DNA from: Anthoceros angustus
Taxonomy: Eukaryota > Plantae > Anthocerotophyta
DNA: 64,000 nt
Assembly (NCBI GenBank): GCA_010909165.1
Contig: VJWM01000025.1
Coordinates: 1,054,001-1,118,000, forward strand
Direction: 5' to 3'
Shown here: piece by piece, positions 49,235-60,957 of the stretch
Layout: every line of letters begins with the position of its first letter
Position numbering within the stretch: position 1 is the first letter of the stretch
Notes under the pieces: generated by a model
Seen by the model: only the letters and a program-made list of their open reading frames with translations
What the model was told of the DNA's origin: nothing
Database searches by the model: none
Program-made: the position numbers and the translations under genes

Positions 49235-49460
49235 CATTTGTGACAAGCTTCGAGATTACTTTTCTCCCGAGGATCCATTTAGTGGTTTCTCGAAGCTCTT
49301 CATTATGGCAGGGGTAGTGGCCAGGGGTGAGACTCCTCATTGGATCTTTCGAGTGTTAGATGCCAACAGGTTACTAGCTATGGAGAAGCCCACGCCTAGG
49401 GCGTGCCCTATCACCGTTGGGGAGGCATTCTCACGCCTCATAGGTTGCAGTATTGTTGTT
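49235..49460 (+). mobile_element. Non-LTR retrotransposon (LINE) reverse-transcriptase N-terminal fragment
   Basis: DKLRDYFSPEDPFSGFSKLFIMAGVVARGETPHWIFRVLDANRLLAMEKPTPRACPITVGEAFSRLIG matches the RLLAL.K..G.RPIAVGE..RL motif of non-LTR RTs. Confidence 0.75.
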
Positions 49461-52400
49461 GTGGACAAGGGACGAATGCTTTGACCTCCCGAGTCTTTGC
49501 TTCTCATTGGCCCTCTCCTTCTCCTGCTCCGCCCTAAGATCCTCCAGTTGCTTCGTCAAAAGATGAAGTCGACCCTCCACCAAGTGTAGTCGAACTATCC
49601 TCCAATTCTGCTGCCTGCATCGTTCCTCCAATTCTTCGCTTAGGCGGTCTACCTTTCGATGGAGTTGCTCCGGCACCTTCACCAACCTGCTAGTCTCTTC
49701 AAGGTCCTTGGTCAGCTGGTCGATGTCCATATGCTTTTCTTTGTTTCGGGCCTCCATTGCCTGAAGATTCAGCTGGAGGCGGTCTAACTCTTGCTCCAAG
49801 TCACCAATCCTGCCCAGTAGGATTTCGTTCCTCTGCGCCATTGTCTGAAGCCACAGGGACAGGGTTCCCTTCTCCCTCAGCGCTAGGCTCTCTCCATCTC
49901 CTGGTTTCTACTCCGGAGATCCGTCACCTCCACTACCCTTTCCAGCATCTCGTCCCTGTGGGCCTTCCGGGCTTCCTCCAAGGACACCTGGTCCTTGCGC
50001 AGGTAAGCAACCTCCAGCTCCAGCTCCTGCAACCTAGTGTTGGCTACCCCGGTTTCCTCTCTCAGCTGGTTCCGGTCCCGGTGGTAGTATTCTCGACCTG
50101 CCCGGTTCCTCTCCTCCTATCCTTCCCGACCTTGAGCAAGGCTTCCAGGGTCTCCCGTTCCTCCTGCCGGGCAGACTCCGTGGCTTTCCAGGCTTCCTCC
50201 GCTACCCACCGTGTGACCTCCTCCATCGCCCGCGCCTTCTCCGCCGCCTGTTGCGCCCTACGTAATTCTTGGCTTAGGGCCTAGAGCTGCTCGGCCTTGG
50301 GCCTCCTGCTCCTGCTTAAGAAGAGAGGCGCCGGGGGGCGAGATGCAGGTCCGCCTCCGAGCGACTAAGGTCCTGACTGCTGTGAAAAGCTTTAACCACG
50401 TGACTTGGTCTCCACGATTTCATGGCGTCTGGGCTGCGCACTACAGCCTTGCAGCTCCACCATCCACCGCCGCGTCGCCTCCACCTCCAGGGTCTTCTCG
50501 GTGGCGTAGTGAAGACCCGAGCCATCCCATTAGCCACCGCCGCCAACACTTGGCGGGCTCCTTGCACTGTTGCCATCGGTGAACTCCCTTCAAACCTCTC
50601 CGCAGGAGGTGGCATCTCCCAGTCCACTAGAGTGTGCCAGACCGCCTTACGGAGCTGGTCCTACGTGGTTACTCCTGTCTCTAGCAAAAGATCCAGGTCC
50701 CAGCTGTATGGCTCCGGCCCTTTGACTTCCTTGGCCCTCTTAGCTAATCGCTTCTCCGCCCTGACTAGCCCCTCGTAATTCTTGGCTTAGGGCCTCATTT
50801 GCTCGACCTTGGGCCTCTGCTCCTTGAGAAGAGAGGCGGGCGGATGCACGGTCCGCTCTCGAGGCGGCTAAGGTCCCTCTGACTGCTATGTGAAAAGCTT
50901 TAACCACCTTGGTCTCACGATTTCATGGCGTCTGGGCGCTTCTACCGCCTTGCAGCTCTCCACCGCCCGCGTGCCTCCACCTCGAGGTCTTCTCGGTGGC
51001 GTAGTGAAGACCCGAGCCATCCCATTAGCGCACCGCCGCCAACACTTGGCGGGCTCTTCTGCTTATTGCCATCGGTGAACTCCTTCAAACCTCTCCCGAG
51101 GTGGCATCTCCAGATCCACCAGAGGTGCTGCAGAACCTTGCACTGAGCTGGTCCTCACGTGGTTACTCCCTGCCTCTAGCAAAGATCCAGTCCGGTGTAC
51201 ATGGCTCCTGCCCGGCCTTTTGGCCCTCTTAAGCGGCCAGCCTTCTCCATCGTCATTTGAGGTCCCAAGGGTAAGGTGTCCGGGAGCTAGCTCACTTCCC
51301 TCTCCTAGTAGGGGAAAGGATTGGCCCAAGGTGGGGTTGCTGCTGCCAGTGTCCCTCGGCTCCCTGGGCGGCATCCCGCTCTGCCAAACGAAAAGCCAGT
51401 TCCGCTGCTACCCATTCGTCATCCACCGGCAGTGGTACCGGTGCTGCGAGTTTGGTTGCTACAGCCACCGTCTTCCTCTTCCGGCCCTCTGCCCTTGTTC
51501 CATTGTGGCGGCCGGGGTTGGTTCCGTCACCTCCAAAGTTGCCCTCCACAGGCGCGACTCACTGCCCCTGCATGGTCGTGGTTGAGTCCTTCCTCGATCC
51601 CTTGGCCGTTAGAATGTAGAGGGATTTCTCCAAAATCTCCTGGTGAGGGGTTCTGCCCGCTCGAATGGCATCCGAAATGCCCTCCCAATCTTCTTCATCG
51701 GCTGCTCGGGCCCCAGGCGGCCATCGCCTAGTGTCCTGCTCCTCCTCCTCTCTCCCTGCGATCAGTAGGTGGGTTAGCCCCCGGCGGAGCGCGCGTTCTC
51801 CTCACCTTCCTTAAGGAGGTTGTGATGCCCCCAGACATGCAAGATGTAGTGGGATAATCTTGACGGAGGAGAGCACTCCTGATGCAACTTCCTCGCTTCC
51901 TGCTCTATCCAGGCAAAAATAATCCACCTCCAATCCGCCCGTTTCCCTCTCATGAGGGCATGTAAGAACACTAGGAGTTGTCCCCTAGGTGGTCTACTTT
52001 CATGAGCATGTTCTAGTGGGCAATGATTTTGGCCAAAGCTCTCACTCGTCGATCCTTCAGATCCGACATCAACCACCCATTTGAGGACCTCTAGGCGTCT
52101 GTCCTCAAGAGCAGTGCCTTAGCAGCCTCTAGCTTTCCCTTCGCCTTCAGCGATTCTGGCACCACCCCTCCGATCTCCTCCGCGGGACGATTGTATACCG
52201 CCCGTAGCGCCTCCACCGTCCAACGCCTGGGATCCTCCCTCAAGCTATTCGAGCGGACGGCCTTGTTCGCTGTCGCTAGTGGCTTCCAGGCGTATTCCCA
52301 AACCAGCGCCACGTTGTCATAGGTCCAACCTGCGTGGAACACCTCTAGGTGCCACTCCTAGTACACGAGCTCGCCCGCTTCCCCCAGCCATGGCCTGAAG

Positions 52401-53170
52401 TTTGGGTAGCGATTGGTAGTGATGTTCTTCTCCCCCAGCGTCCAGGGCATGAGCGCTTCTTTCGGCGCTATCTCGCTGTGCTATGCATCCTACTGGGTGA
52501 AGGATCTCCGCGCTGTCACACGTCCTCCCTACTGTGGGTCGGGTGAGTTCCAGAGATGGGGGCACAGCTTAGTGTGTCGACGCTCTCTAAAGGAGATGCC
52601 TGAACATCGGAAGAGCAAGTGCCAAAGAGCATGGTGCCGGAGCGCAAGGGAGCGAGAAAACTGACAAGATACAAAAATTGAGAGTTCCTTCCTCCTTCTA
52701 GCTGTGGCACAGCGAGCGTAAGCGTCGTGCGAGAACGTGTCCTTTTGAGGCCTATAACTGCCACCCTACTACATCTCGTACCGTACCTTCACGCCGCCGT
52801 CTGGTACCTATCCACGGGTTGTGACTATCGCCCTAAACTGCCAATCACAACTTCTGGCAAGTCTGTGGCCCTGGTCGCTTGCACATCAAACGGCCCCATG
52901 CCACCGTCCACGTATCCAAACTTCCGTAACTACGACCCATTCCTCCGGACTTGCCTTTCCCATTACCTCCAGAGGTCCACCAGATCTTGCATATAGTGGA
53001 GTTGCCATTGCGCCGACGTAGCTGGCCAGATAGGCCTTATTATCCATGCCTATTCCATTCTTTTAACACACAAATCCTCAAAAAAAAAAAACAAAACCCC
53101 CTACGAACTGACTATAATCGAGGAACTCATGATTGAGGCTTCCCTCACTACTTCTCAAGACGCCGCATGG
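49431..53170 (-). mobile_element. Truncated relative of the ORF-bearing LTR (copy A), with degenerate accessory ORF ~52400 to 49431
   Basis: FHAGWTYDNVALV, EDPRRWTVEALRAVYNRPAEEIGGVVPESLKAKGKLEAAKALL and GQLLVFLHALMRGKRADWRWIIF...LSHYILHVW, then a coiled coil (LGRIGDLEQELDRLQLNLQAME). An A-tract at ~53090 matches the position near the other LTR ends. Boundaries are approximate. Confidence 0.65.
50270..51260. repeat. Tandem duplication, period ~505 bp, inside copy A
   Basis: cgtaattcttggcttagggcct occurs at ~50271 and ~50775, with colinear diverged sequence following each. Confidence 0.9.
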
Positions 53171-54599
53171 GCCAGATTGGAGGGCCTAGGGGAGGAGATG
53201 GCGCAACGAGCAGGAGCAGGCCCGTTTGCTGGAGCACGAGTGGCATAGGAAGTACCGAGTACTGCGGGCCCATGTAGAGGAGGTCATCCAGCAGATCGAC
53301 TTGGACTTTGCCTATTACCACGCGGAGCTCTGGAAGGCAGTGAGCGTGGTACATCAGCCTACTGAAGCGGCAGACCCGAAGGAGGAGTCGGAGGAGCCCA
53401 TGGGCGAGGAAGGGCTAGGGGAAACCGCACCCCCAAGGAATCTTGTTGCCCTGTTTGGAGATGGGAGCAGCGACGAGGTTCAACCGTTGGAGGAGGAGTG
53501 GCACAAGAGGAAACCAGGTGGACCAAGCACGTAAGCTCCGGCTAACAATGAGGTATGCTCCTCGGACCCCGTGCTTGACTTGGGAGTCCGAGGAGGGGGG
53601 AGTCTGGCAAGGAGGGAATAGTCGGAGTCAGGGGAAGGACTCAGGTCCTTCCTCGAGGAGGACTGGTGGATGAGGGGCCCACCGGAGGGCTGGGGGGAAA
53701 TACCCAAAACCCCATGCTGCTGTCAGCTGAAACGGAGCAGGACACTGTGGTGACAACGGTCGTCAGTGCAGCTCTTGGGGAGCTGCCCAATCGAGGCCGG
53801 AGTGAGATCCAGATTCCTTCTGAAAGGCAGGGGTCAAGAATAATTAGGTTAGACGCCCCTCCGGCGCCAGGGTTAGGGATTGGTCTGCCATGCGGAGGAG
53901 TTAGCCGGGGTCAGCAACCCAATCGCCGTAAGCATAGGTAGCCACACATGAGGGATCCAGTATCCTTCCCGCGTGTGTAGGTAGCTGGCGGTAGGGCCAA
54001 TCCATGGGTTGTAATACAGGCGTAGCTTTAGAGGCTGTACAAAAGGAAGGTCGCCGTCCTTGTAAAGTGATTTTTCTTTTGGGGGTTGATTCCGCATGGT
54101 GCATGAAGTCCTTCTTTACGCGGATACTGCAGCACCACATCCCGCCGGAGCGTGAAGCTAGACATTGAACAGAATGCGGAGATGCGCGTATGAGTAAAGA
54201 GTAGAGGACGGAGGAGAGGTGGCCTCAGTGGCGGTAACTAGAGGACGTGGACAAGTCCCTAAACGTCCGGTGGTACCGGGCCTGTTCGGTAGAGCTTGAT
54301 ATGGAATGTGGTAGGAATGAGAGGAAGGTGGGTGCGCAGTAGAGAGTTAGGGAGGTGGTGCGGATGGGTCCGAGGCTGTAATCTTAGGTCATTGATGCTT
54401 CATAAAGCGACTCGTAAGGTGGTCGATTCCTTAGGCGGGTCGAGTTGTCCCTCGGATATTTCTTTTGGTACAAGGCGTGCCTAGCCACACGAACGTAGTA
54501 GCGGATCATGACTGCTGGCCACGTCGGGCAATGGACTCAGGTGCTTGTGCGCCGATCGGGGTAGCATCACGAGCAGACCTTAGGGGGATAAGGGTCGGT

Positions 54600-55044
54600 T
54601 GAATACCACATCGGGGAAGGAGTCCGGAGGATGGGGCATGCCCACCGGCAAGCCGTCTCCTCCATCGGCACATCCACCCTCAAGTTCGAGGACGTGGTGG
54701 GTGCCCTTTTCCAGGAGAAACAAGGATGGATGATGTCATCTGGCGGGCCTAAGATGAAACAAGACAAAGTATTAACGGCACGTTTTAAAAACAAAGCGGG
54801 TAAGACGAGATCACTTGGTGGACGTGGGGATACTAGCTCAGCGTCCACTTCTTCATCAAAAAGAACCGGAAACTGCAACTGGTGCGGTGTGGCGGCCATT
54901 GGGCACGAGAGTGCCACAAGAAAAAGGTAGGTGAGCCACAACACTTGCAACATAAGCAATCAGCAAGTGTCGCATCAAGGACATGATTTTTGTATGCTTA
55001 CACTTTTAATTGATTTGCACATTCTCCATAATTTATCATTTTGG
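54600..55044 (+). mobile_element. Ty1/copia gag remnant with zinc knuckle; pol probably continues at ~60060-60500
   Basis: LKFEDVVGALFQE...NCNWCGVA(G)HWARECHKKK after correcting a 1-bp deletion. The right flank gives weaker EVKGVG, G..TLYAM and SSLWY motifs. Confidence 0.6.
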
Positions 55045-58000
55045 TGTGGGCGCGATTTGTCGACGGCCACCAAGCACAATCCTGCATGTCGTTGTAGTAA
55101 GGAGGTCCGTTCCCAAGAGAATGATAGGCTCACCACGTTCAACTGCTTTCTCACCCTCACGTAGCGCCCGCTTTAAACCCCACACGCACATTCCTCGTTT
55201 TACAACTAACTACCCGTAACATTCACCGGCAGCCCCGTAAGGTACAACGCTTTAAGGACTGCTCGTCTGTTATCGTGTTTGTCTCGTCCCTCCGGGTCCG
55301 CTTCCTCTCACCATTCACACTTCACTCAAGATCCTTGGGGAAAATCGCGGGTGGCTGGTCCGGACCTCCTCCGCCGCCTCCGCCAGCCTCCGTGCCTACA
55401 CGCCTCGAGTACCGCTCACGTGTTCGGTCCGTCCGATCTTGGTCGCCGCCGGACGAGCAAGGGTCCCGTCGCCTTCCCCGCACACACCACCATACGTTAG
55501 GGTCCGCTACTGTGACCTTGACTGGCCTTCCGAGCCGCACCGCTGCTGACTCGACTCACGCTAGCAAGAAGGCACACAAAGGCCTGCGAGAAGATGCGGC
55601 ATCAACACCAAGAGAAAGATACTTTACTTAGAGCAGCCTCAGCCCCCTTATACTACGCCAAGGTCGGCGCCTTTATTACACCCTATTCTCGAGCCGATGG
55701 TTACCTGGCGGTGCCCTACTCGGCCACCTACTATTTCCCCTTATTCCCTATCTCACGCTTGGTACCGGGTTGCCCCGATTCCGCCTTTGGCATCCGGTCC
55801 AAGGCCCACTGACAATCGCGCGCACCCAATCGGATGATCCGCGAGTGGCGGGCCTTCCTCTCCCAAGGTTACTGCCGCGCCACGGCGCGGCCGACAACGC
55901 GGCCACCACTAAATCTTCCTCCCATCTTCTTATCTCTGGCGGGCCCTGTACAAATGGACCCTCCAAGAGAAGGCTCGTCGGGTCAGGTGATTGGTGGCTC
56001 CCTCCTCTCCCCGAGTCCGACTTGTGGTCCATCTCGACCGAGTTCGACCTCTAGGTCCGGCCTTCTCTCGGTCCGGACCTCGGTCCGGTCTTCTTTCCAG
56101 TCCGGACCTCGGGTCCGGCTCTCCGACCCTGGGTCCGGCCTTCGAGTCCTGACCTCGGGTCCGGCCTCACCAGAGTCCGGACCTCCGAGTCAGACTTTCT
56201 CAGAGGCCGGCCGGCCTTTCTTTAGGTTTCTCCTCGCTGGACTTCTCGGTTCACCCACCGAGACCTCCTCCGGCTCCTCCACCGCCTCCTCCACCGCCTC
56301 CTCCTCCTCCTTCCGTGGTGGGTGCGTGAGTGCTTACCTCAGCGCAGTGACCTTCCCCGTCCGGCTCCTCCACCGCCTCCTCGCCGGGCCACGACGTCAA
56401 ATAGTGCTCCTAAGGTCTCGTGGCGTATTCCTCGGGGCCTTCCTTCCTCGCTCCTCCTTCTCCCCTGAAATCCGGGCCCACCGCCGAGGGTGGCGACACC
56501 TCCAAAGGCCTTGAGAAGCTCTGGTAGTAGGCAAAGTCGGTCGACTCGAATTGCCTCCTCCACATGGGCCCGAGCACCTGCATTCTCCTCCAGAGGTGCT
56601 CCGCACCGGGCGTGTTGCCCGGCCTGGCCGACCTCCACGCCAAGCTTGCCAATTGAAGCCGCGATTTTGATGCCGCCAAGGCGGCCTCCGACACCTCCTG
56701 CACGCCTCGGCGTGCTCCTCCTCCCTTCGCGCTGCAGCCCACCAACTTGCCGGGCCATGGAGCCGAGCTCCCTCCCGCACCGAACAAGCACCGCCTCCAG
56801 CCGCCTGCCCCTCCGCTCATCCTTACTTCCTGAGGTCCGCCACTTCCTTCTCCAAAGCGGTGATTCCCGCCCGACTCCTCGCTTCCTCCAGCCTTTAGCT
56901 CGGCGACGCCCAATTCCTTGATCGCCGCCATTCTCCTCCGCCTCAGCGGCCGAGGCGCTCAATCTCGTCAAGTCTTGATTCGCCATGAGAATTATGCTGA
57001 CGCATCTTGGAGTTGCAGCCTGTGGTGTCCTTGCCGCCCCTCCACTGCCGCCGCCTCCACTCTCGCACTGCACTGAGGTCCCTATTTCTGTGCCGGCCTC
57101 CATCTCTTCTTCGCGCTCGCCGCCTCCACCGCCTCCTCCACCGCCTCCTCCACCGCCTTGAAGTTCCACCATCCTCCTCCTCCACCGGCCCGATCACGTC
57201 GGTAGTGATCCCCAACCTTCGGCCTCCCGCGCTTTCACCGAGCCTCGCCGCAGGGTGTTGGTCTAGCCGCCGCCTCCGCCCGCCACGACCTCCTCCGCTC
57301 CCGCAACGGAACAAGCAGCCTCCTCCGCCTGCCCCTCCGCTCATCCTTACTCCTGAGGTCCGCCACTTCCTTCTCCAAAGTGGCTTGCATCCCGCCCGAC
57401 TCCGGCTTCCTCCGCCTCCTCCAGCCTCCGCCTCGGCGACGCCCAACCTTGATCGCCGCCTCCTCCGCCTCAGCGGCCGGAGGCGCTCAATCTCCTCGTC
57501 AAGTCTTGGATTCTCCCATTGAGAATCCCATGTTGCTCGACGCATCTTGGAGTTGCAGCCTGTGGTGTCCTTGCCCTCCAGCCTCCGCCTCCTCCACTTC
57601 TCGCACTGCACTGAGGTCCCTATTTCCTGTGCCGGCCTCCATCTCTCTCTTCTTCGCTCGCCCGCACTTGTTCCGCTACCGCCACTGCTCGCCTTCAGTT
57701 AGCCGGCTACCCCGCCTCCACCGGCCCGATCACGTCGGTAGTGATCCCGGCCGACCTTGCCGCGGCCTCCGCCTCCCGCGCCGCTTTCACCGAGCCTCGC
57801 CCGGCTTGGTGTTGGTCTAGCCGCCGCCTCCGCTTGCGAGGTCCTCACCTGCTCAGGGGCCTCTCACAGACGCTTTGCACAAATGAAGGATCTTGGTCCG
57901 GCCTTCCCGACCGTCCGACCTCTCGCCCACCTCCCGACGCTTCCTCCTCGATTCGAGCGAGGGACTCCGCGCCTCCCGGGCCGCCTCCACCGCCTTGAAG

Positions 58001-60059
58001 TTCCACCATCCTCCTCCGGGTGGCTCTACTTGGGTCTTCTCTGTCCCGCAGAGGCCCTAAAGCATCCCCCATGACGGTAGCTAAACCCACGCTGCTCTTC
58101 CACGGGAGATGCCCAGAAGTCCACTGTGGCGGGCATCTCTCGTCCGCTGGCGATCGCTGGGTCAGCGATAGTCCGGACTGGGCTCTCTCGGACTAATCAC
58201 CGTGGCCCTTAGGTCCCGAGGCCGAGGTCCCGAGCCTCACCTTCCTTGGCCCTCTTGGCCGCTTAACTCCTTCTCCCTTTTCTCCCGGGCCTTGAGGTGG
58301 TGAAGGTCCGGAGTCGCCTTTGCTTCTCCGGCCGGAGACAGACAGTGCCCCGGGCCGCCGCTGGCCTCCCCGCCTTGGGCAAGATTTTCTCCGCCAGACC
58401 GCCTCCTCCGCTTGCCACCTGGCGAGGCAATACAGGGCACGCCCCGGTGGCCTCCGCCTCCTCCAGCCTCCGCCTCTTTGGTTCCCGCCGAGTCCGGGGC
58501 TCAACTGCCGTTGTTGTTGGTTGCCGACCGGCTACCGGAACCGCCAACTCATGTCCCCGTGGTCGCCTCCTTCCTACGCCGATCGCCCGGGGCACCAGGA
58601 GGGAAGGGATGTCTTCCCACACTTCCCTCGGTGGCGAGGGGTCCGCTCAGTATGGAGTCCGGAATTCTCCCAATCGCCCTCCTCCCGACGCTTCCTCCGC
58701 CTCCACCGGGCGGGCCTCCGCCTCCGCCTCCTCCTCCGCCTCCCGGGCCGCCTCCACTTCCTTCTCCGGAGTGCCTGCCTCTTCACCCTCCTTCAGAGGT
58801 TCGCGTGCCCCCACACATGAATCAAAACGCGAGCAACGCCGACGGAGGTGGCTTCTCACACCCTCACCATGAGCTTCACCGACCCGGCGAAGATTATCCG
58901 CCCCGCAAGGCTTTCCCCTTCAGAGGTCGTGGAGGAACACTAGCAGATTATCCCCAAGGTGATCCACCTTGGTGAGCATGTTCCAGGAACGATAATCTTC
59001 GCCACTGAACGTACCCTCCTGCCCAGGAGGTCCGACATCAGCCATCCGTTGGAGGACCGCTGCGTTCCTGGTCGCAAAAGGGCCGCCCTGGCCGCTTCCA
59101 CCTTCCCCTTCACCTTCAGGGGTTCCGGTACTACTCCTCCTATTTTCCACCGGGCGGCTAACCGCCTCGTGACCTCCACGCCCACCTCCTAGGGTCCTCC
59201 GCAGTTCTTGGATCGACCTCCTATTGCCGCCAACATCTTCCGGCGATTTCTCAGGATACTGTCAAGGTCCAGCATGGAAAATGTCCAGTGCCACTCCTCC
59301 ACCAGCCTCCTCCGCCTCCAGCCCACGGCCCAAGTCCGGTAGCTTTGGTGACGATGTTGCGCCCACCAAGCGCCATGGCTCCCACGCCCGCCGCTTGGGT
59401 CCCATCTTCGCACTTCTTTTGTTCCACTGCTGAGATGTGAGGTTCGCAATCTCCGCCTCCTCCGCGGTCAGCCGCTTTCACTTGCCAAGTCGAATCAGCC
59501 AAGGATGCTCGAGCGAACAAAAGACAACGCCAGAGAGCCGTGTCGAAAGGCCGAGAATGCGAAACTCGCCGCGGTTGTTTGAAGAATGACCTCCGCCTCC
59601 TCCGCTTGGAAGTAACCGTCGCGGAGGGGCGTGCTCTTCGCCCTCAGAATCGCCTGCATGGCTTACTCTCGCCCACGCCCGCTTTTGGCCCACCGCCACG
59701 GTACTGAGCGTGAATACCGCCATAACGGCCATCGGCAATAATGCTACGGTGCCGGTTCACGGGCATGCCCTCTACCACTCAAGACCATCCACGTGGCGCC
59801 TGCCTAACTCACGCTCCAACTTCTAAGTTACTTTACTTGGCGATTTATCCTGCTTTGATCCGGAGGGGTCCTGACTTATCCCGATACTCCGGCGTAGTCC
59901 GGAGGTCCTCAGTGGCCTGTGGTCCGTTACTTACCGAGTCCGAGTGCGCCCGAGTACCGTCGCTTATTCCTCCCTTTCCGTCTTATTTTATACTCCATAC
60001 CTACGAAAAAAAACAAACCCAGCTTATTTCCTAACCCCAAGGAGAGTCCGTCGTCCACA
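55045..60059 (-). mobile_element. Candidate ~5.0-kb solo LTR (copy B) related to the gypsy LTRs, with degenerate embedded ORF
   Basis: Termini are TGTGGGCG...CGTCCACA. atgtcgttgtagt..gg.tccgttcccaagagaatg (55086) matches gypsy LTR atgtcgttatagt..ggattcgatcccaagggaatg. The ORF motifs EDPRRW..IGGVVPEPLKVKGKVEAARAAL and GDNLLVFLHDL are present. No intact TSD (tttgg vs gtgcc). Confidence 0.65.
56790..57845. repeat. Tandem duplication, period ~530 bp, in the coiled-coil part of copy B
   Basis: ccgcctgcccctccgctcatccttac..tgaggtccgccacttccttctccaaag occurs at ~56800 and ~57327. gacgcatcttggagttgcagcctgtggtg occurs at ~57000 and ~57540. Confidence 0.9.
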
Positions 60060-60755
60060 GTGCCCGTGCTGCACGTCTGCCTCCCTAGTCTCCCGTCCCG
60101 CCAGCCTCGTGGAAGGGCTGAAGTGAAGGGTGTTGGATGGCCAAGTTTCTCCAAATCTCAGCCTGCAAGTGATCCGGTGTGCAAATAGAAAACTTGAACC
60201 GACCGCACGGAAGGATGTGCGGTGCCGAGGAAAGGAGGTTGGGTTTGGTTTGTGTGTATGCTTCAAAGTAGCGGTTTTGGTGCATCCACTTTGTACGCCA
60301 TGGGTTCCGTCTGCCATCAAAGCGACACAATATAACATGCGAGCAAATGTGTAGTTTGGAAATTGGTTAGGTGTGAAAAAAAAATTGATGTGAAAAAATA
60401 TACGCCCCGTCCACTCTCTTCTCTTTGGTATGACATACACATGCCTTGAAAGTTGAGAGTTGAGACAGCACCAGCTGCATTGTCTGATCAAAACGTTCCA
60501 ATTATGTATCTGATACAAAGCTGCCTGAGGTCAGCCGCATTGAACTTCGATCTTTTCTGACATGTAATTGTACTTTTAACTTAAACTTGCCGCACAAGTG
60601 GTACCTTAAGCTTTAACGTGAAGCTTCCTCGACTCTGCTGACACGTGTTCAGGTCGAGAAACGAATTCGGGAAAGATGAATGATAGAGAATCTGATGTCA
60701 GGAAAGTGTCCAAAGTCTCGAACAATGTTGGCAACGGGCAAACAATCATGTTATT

Positions 60756-60957
60756 CCAGTTGCTGGCGCAACTCCAGTCACTGGCGCAACTCCAGTTGCT
60801 GGCGCAGCTCAAGTTGCTGGCGCAGTTCCAGTTGCTGGCGCAGCTCCAGTTTCTGGCGCAGCTCTAGTTTCTGGCGCAGCTCCAGTGGCTGGCGCAACTC
60901 CTGTGGCTGGCGCAACCCCAGTGGGTGGCGCAACTCAGTCCAGTCGCTGGCGTAACT
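60756..60957 (+). repeat. 18-bp minisatellite, 10 full units plus 1 shifted unit, reading as PVAGA(T/A) hexapeptides
   Basis: Consensus ccagttgctggcgcaact. It lies within a stop-free frame from 60696 to 61076. Confidence 0.95.

Noticed and set aside
49446-52773. tgcagta...ccctactaca as the termini of copy A
   Set aside because: There is no matching TSD (taggt vs tctcg), and homology to the other LTRs suggests the right end lies near 53.1-53.2 kb.
53170-54600. ORF 53226-53534 and a possible GPY/F-like integrase tail (PWIGP, ~53900-54090)
   Set aside because: It is probably TE-derived, but the motifs are too weak to name.
56339-58975. Numerous long Gly/Arg/Pro-rich ORFs on both strands as independent genes
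   Set aside because: They arise from stop-poor ccgcctcct low-complexity sequence and are frameshifted pieces or shadows of the single LTR-type ORF.
60756-60957. Regular repeats as a CRISPR array
   Set aside because: The 18-bp units are head-to-tail with no unique spacers, there are no cas genes, and the context is eukaryotic.
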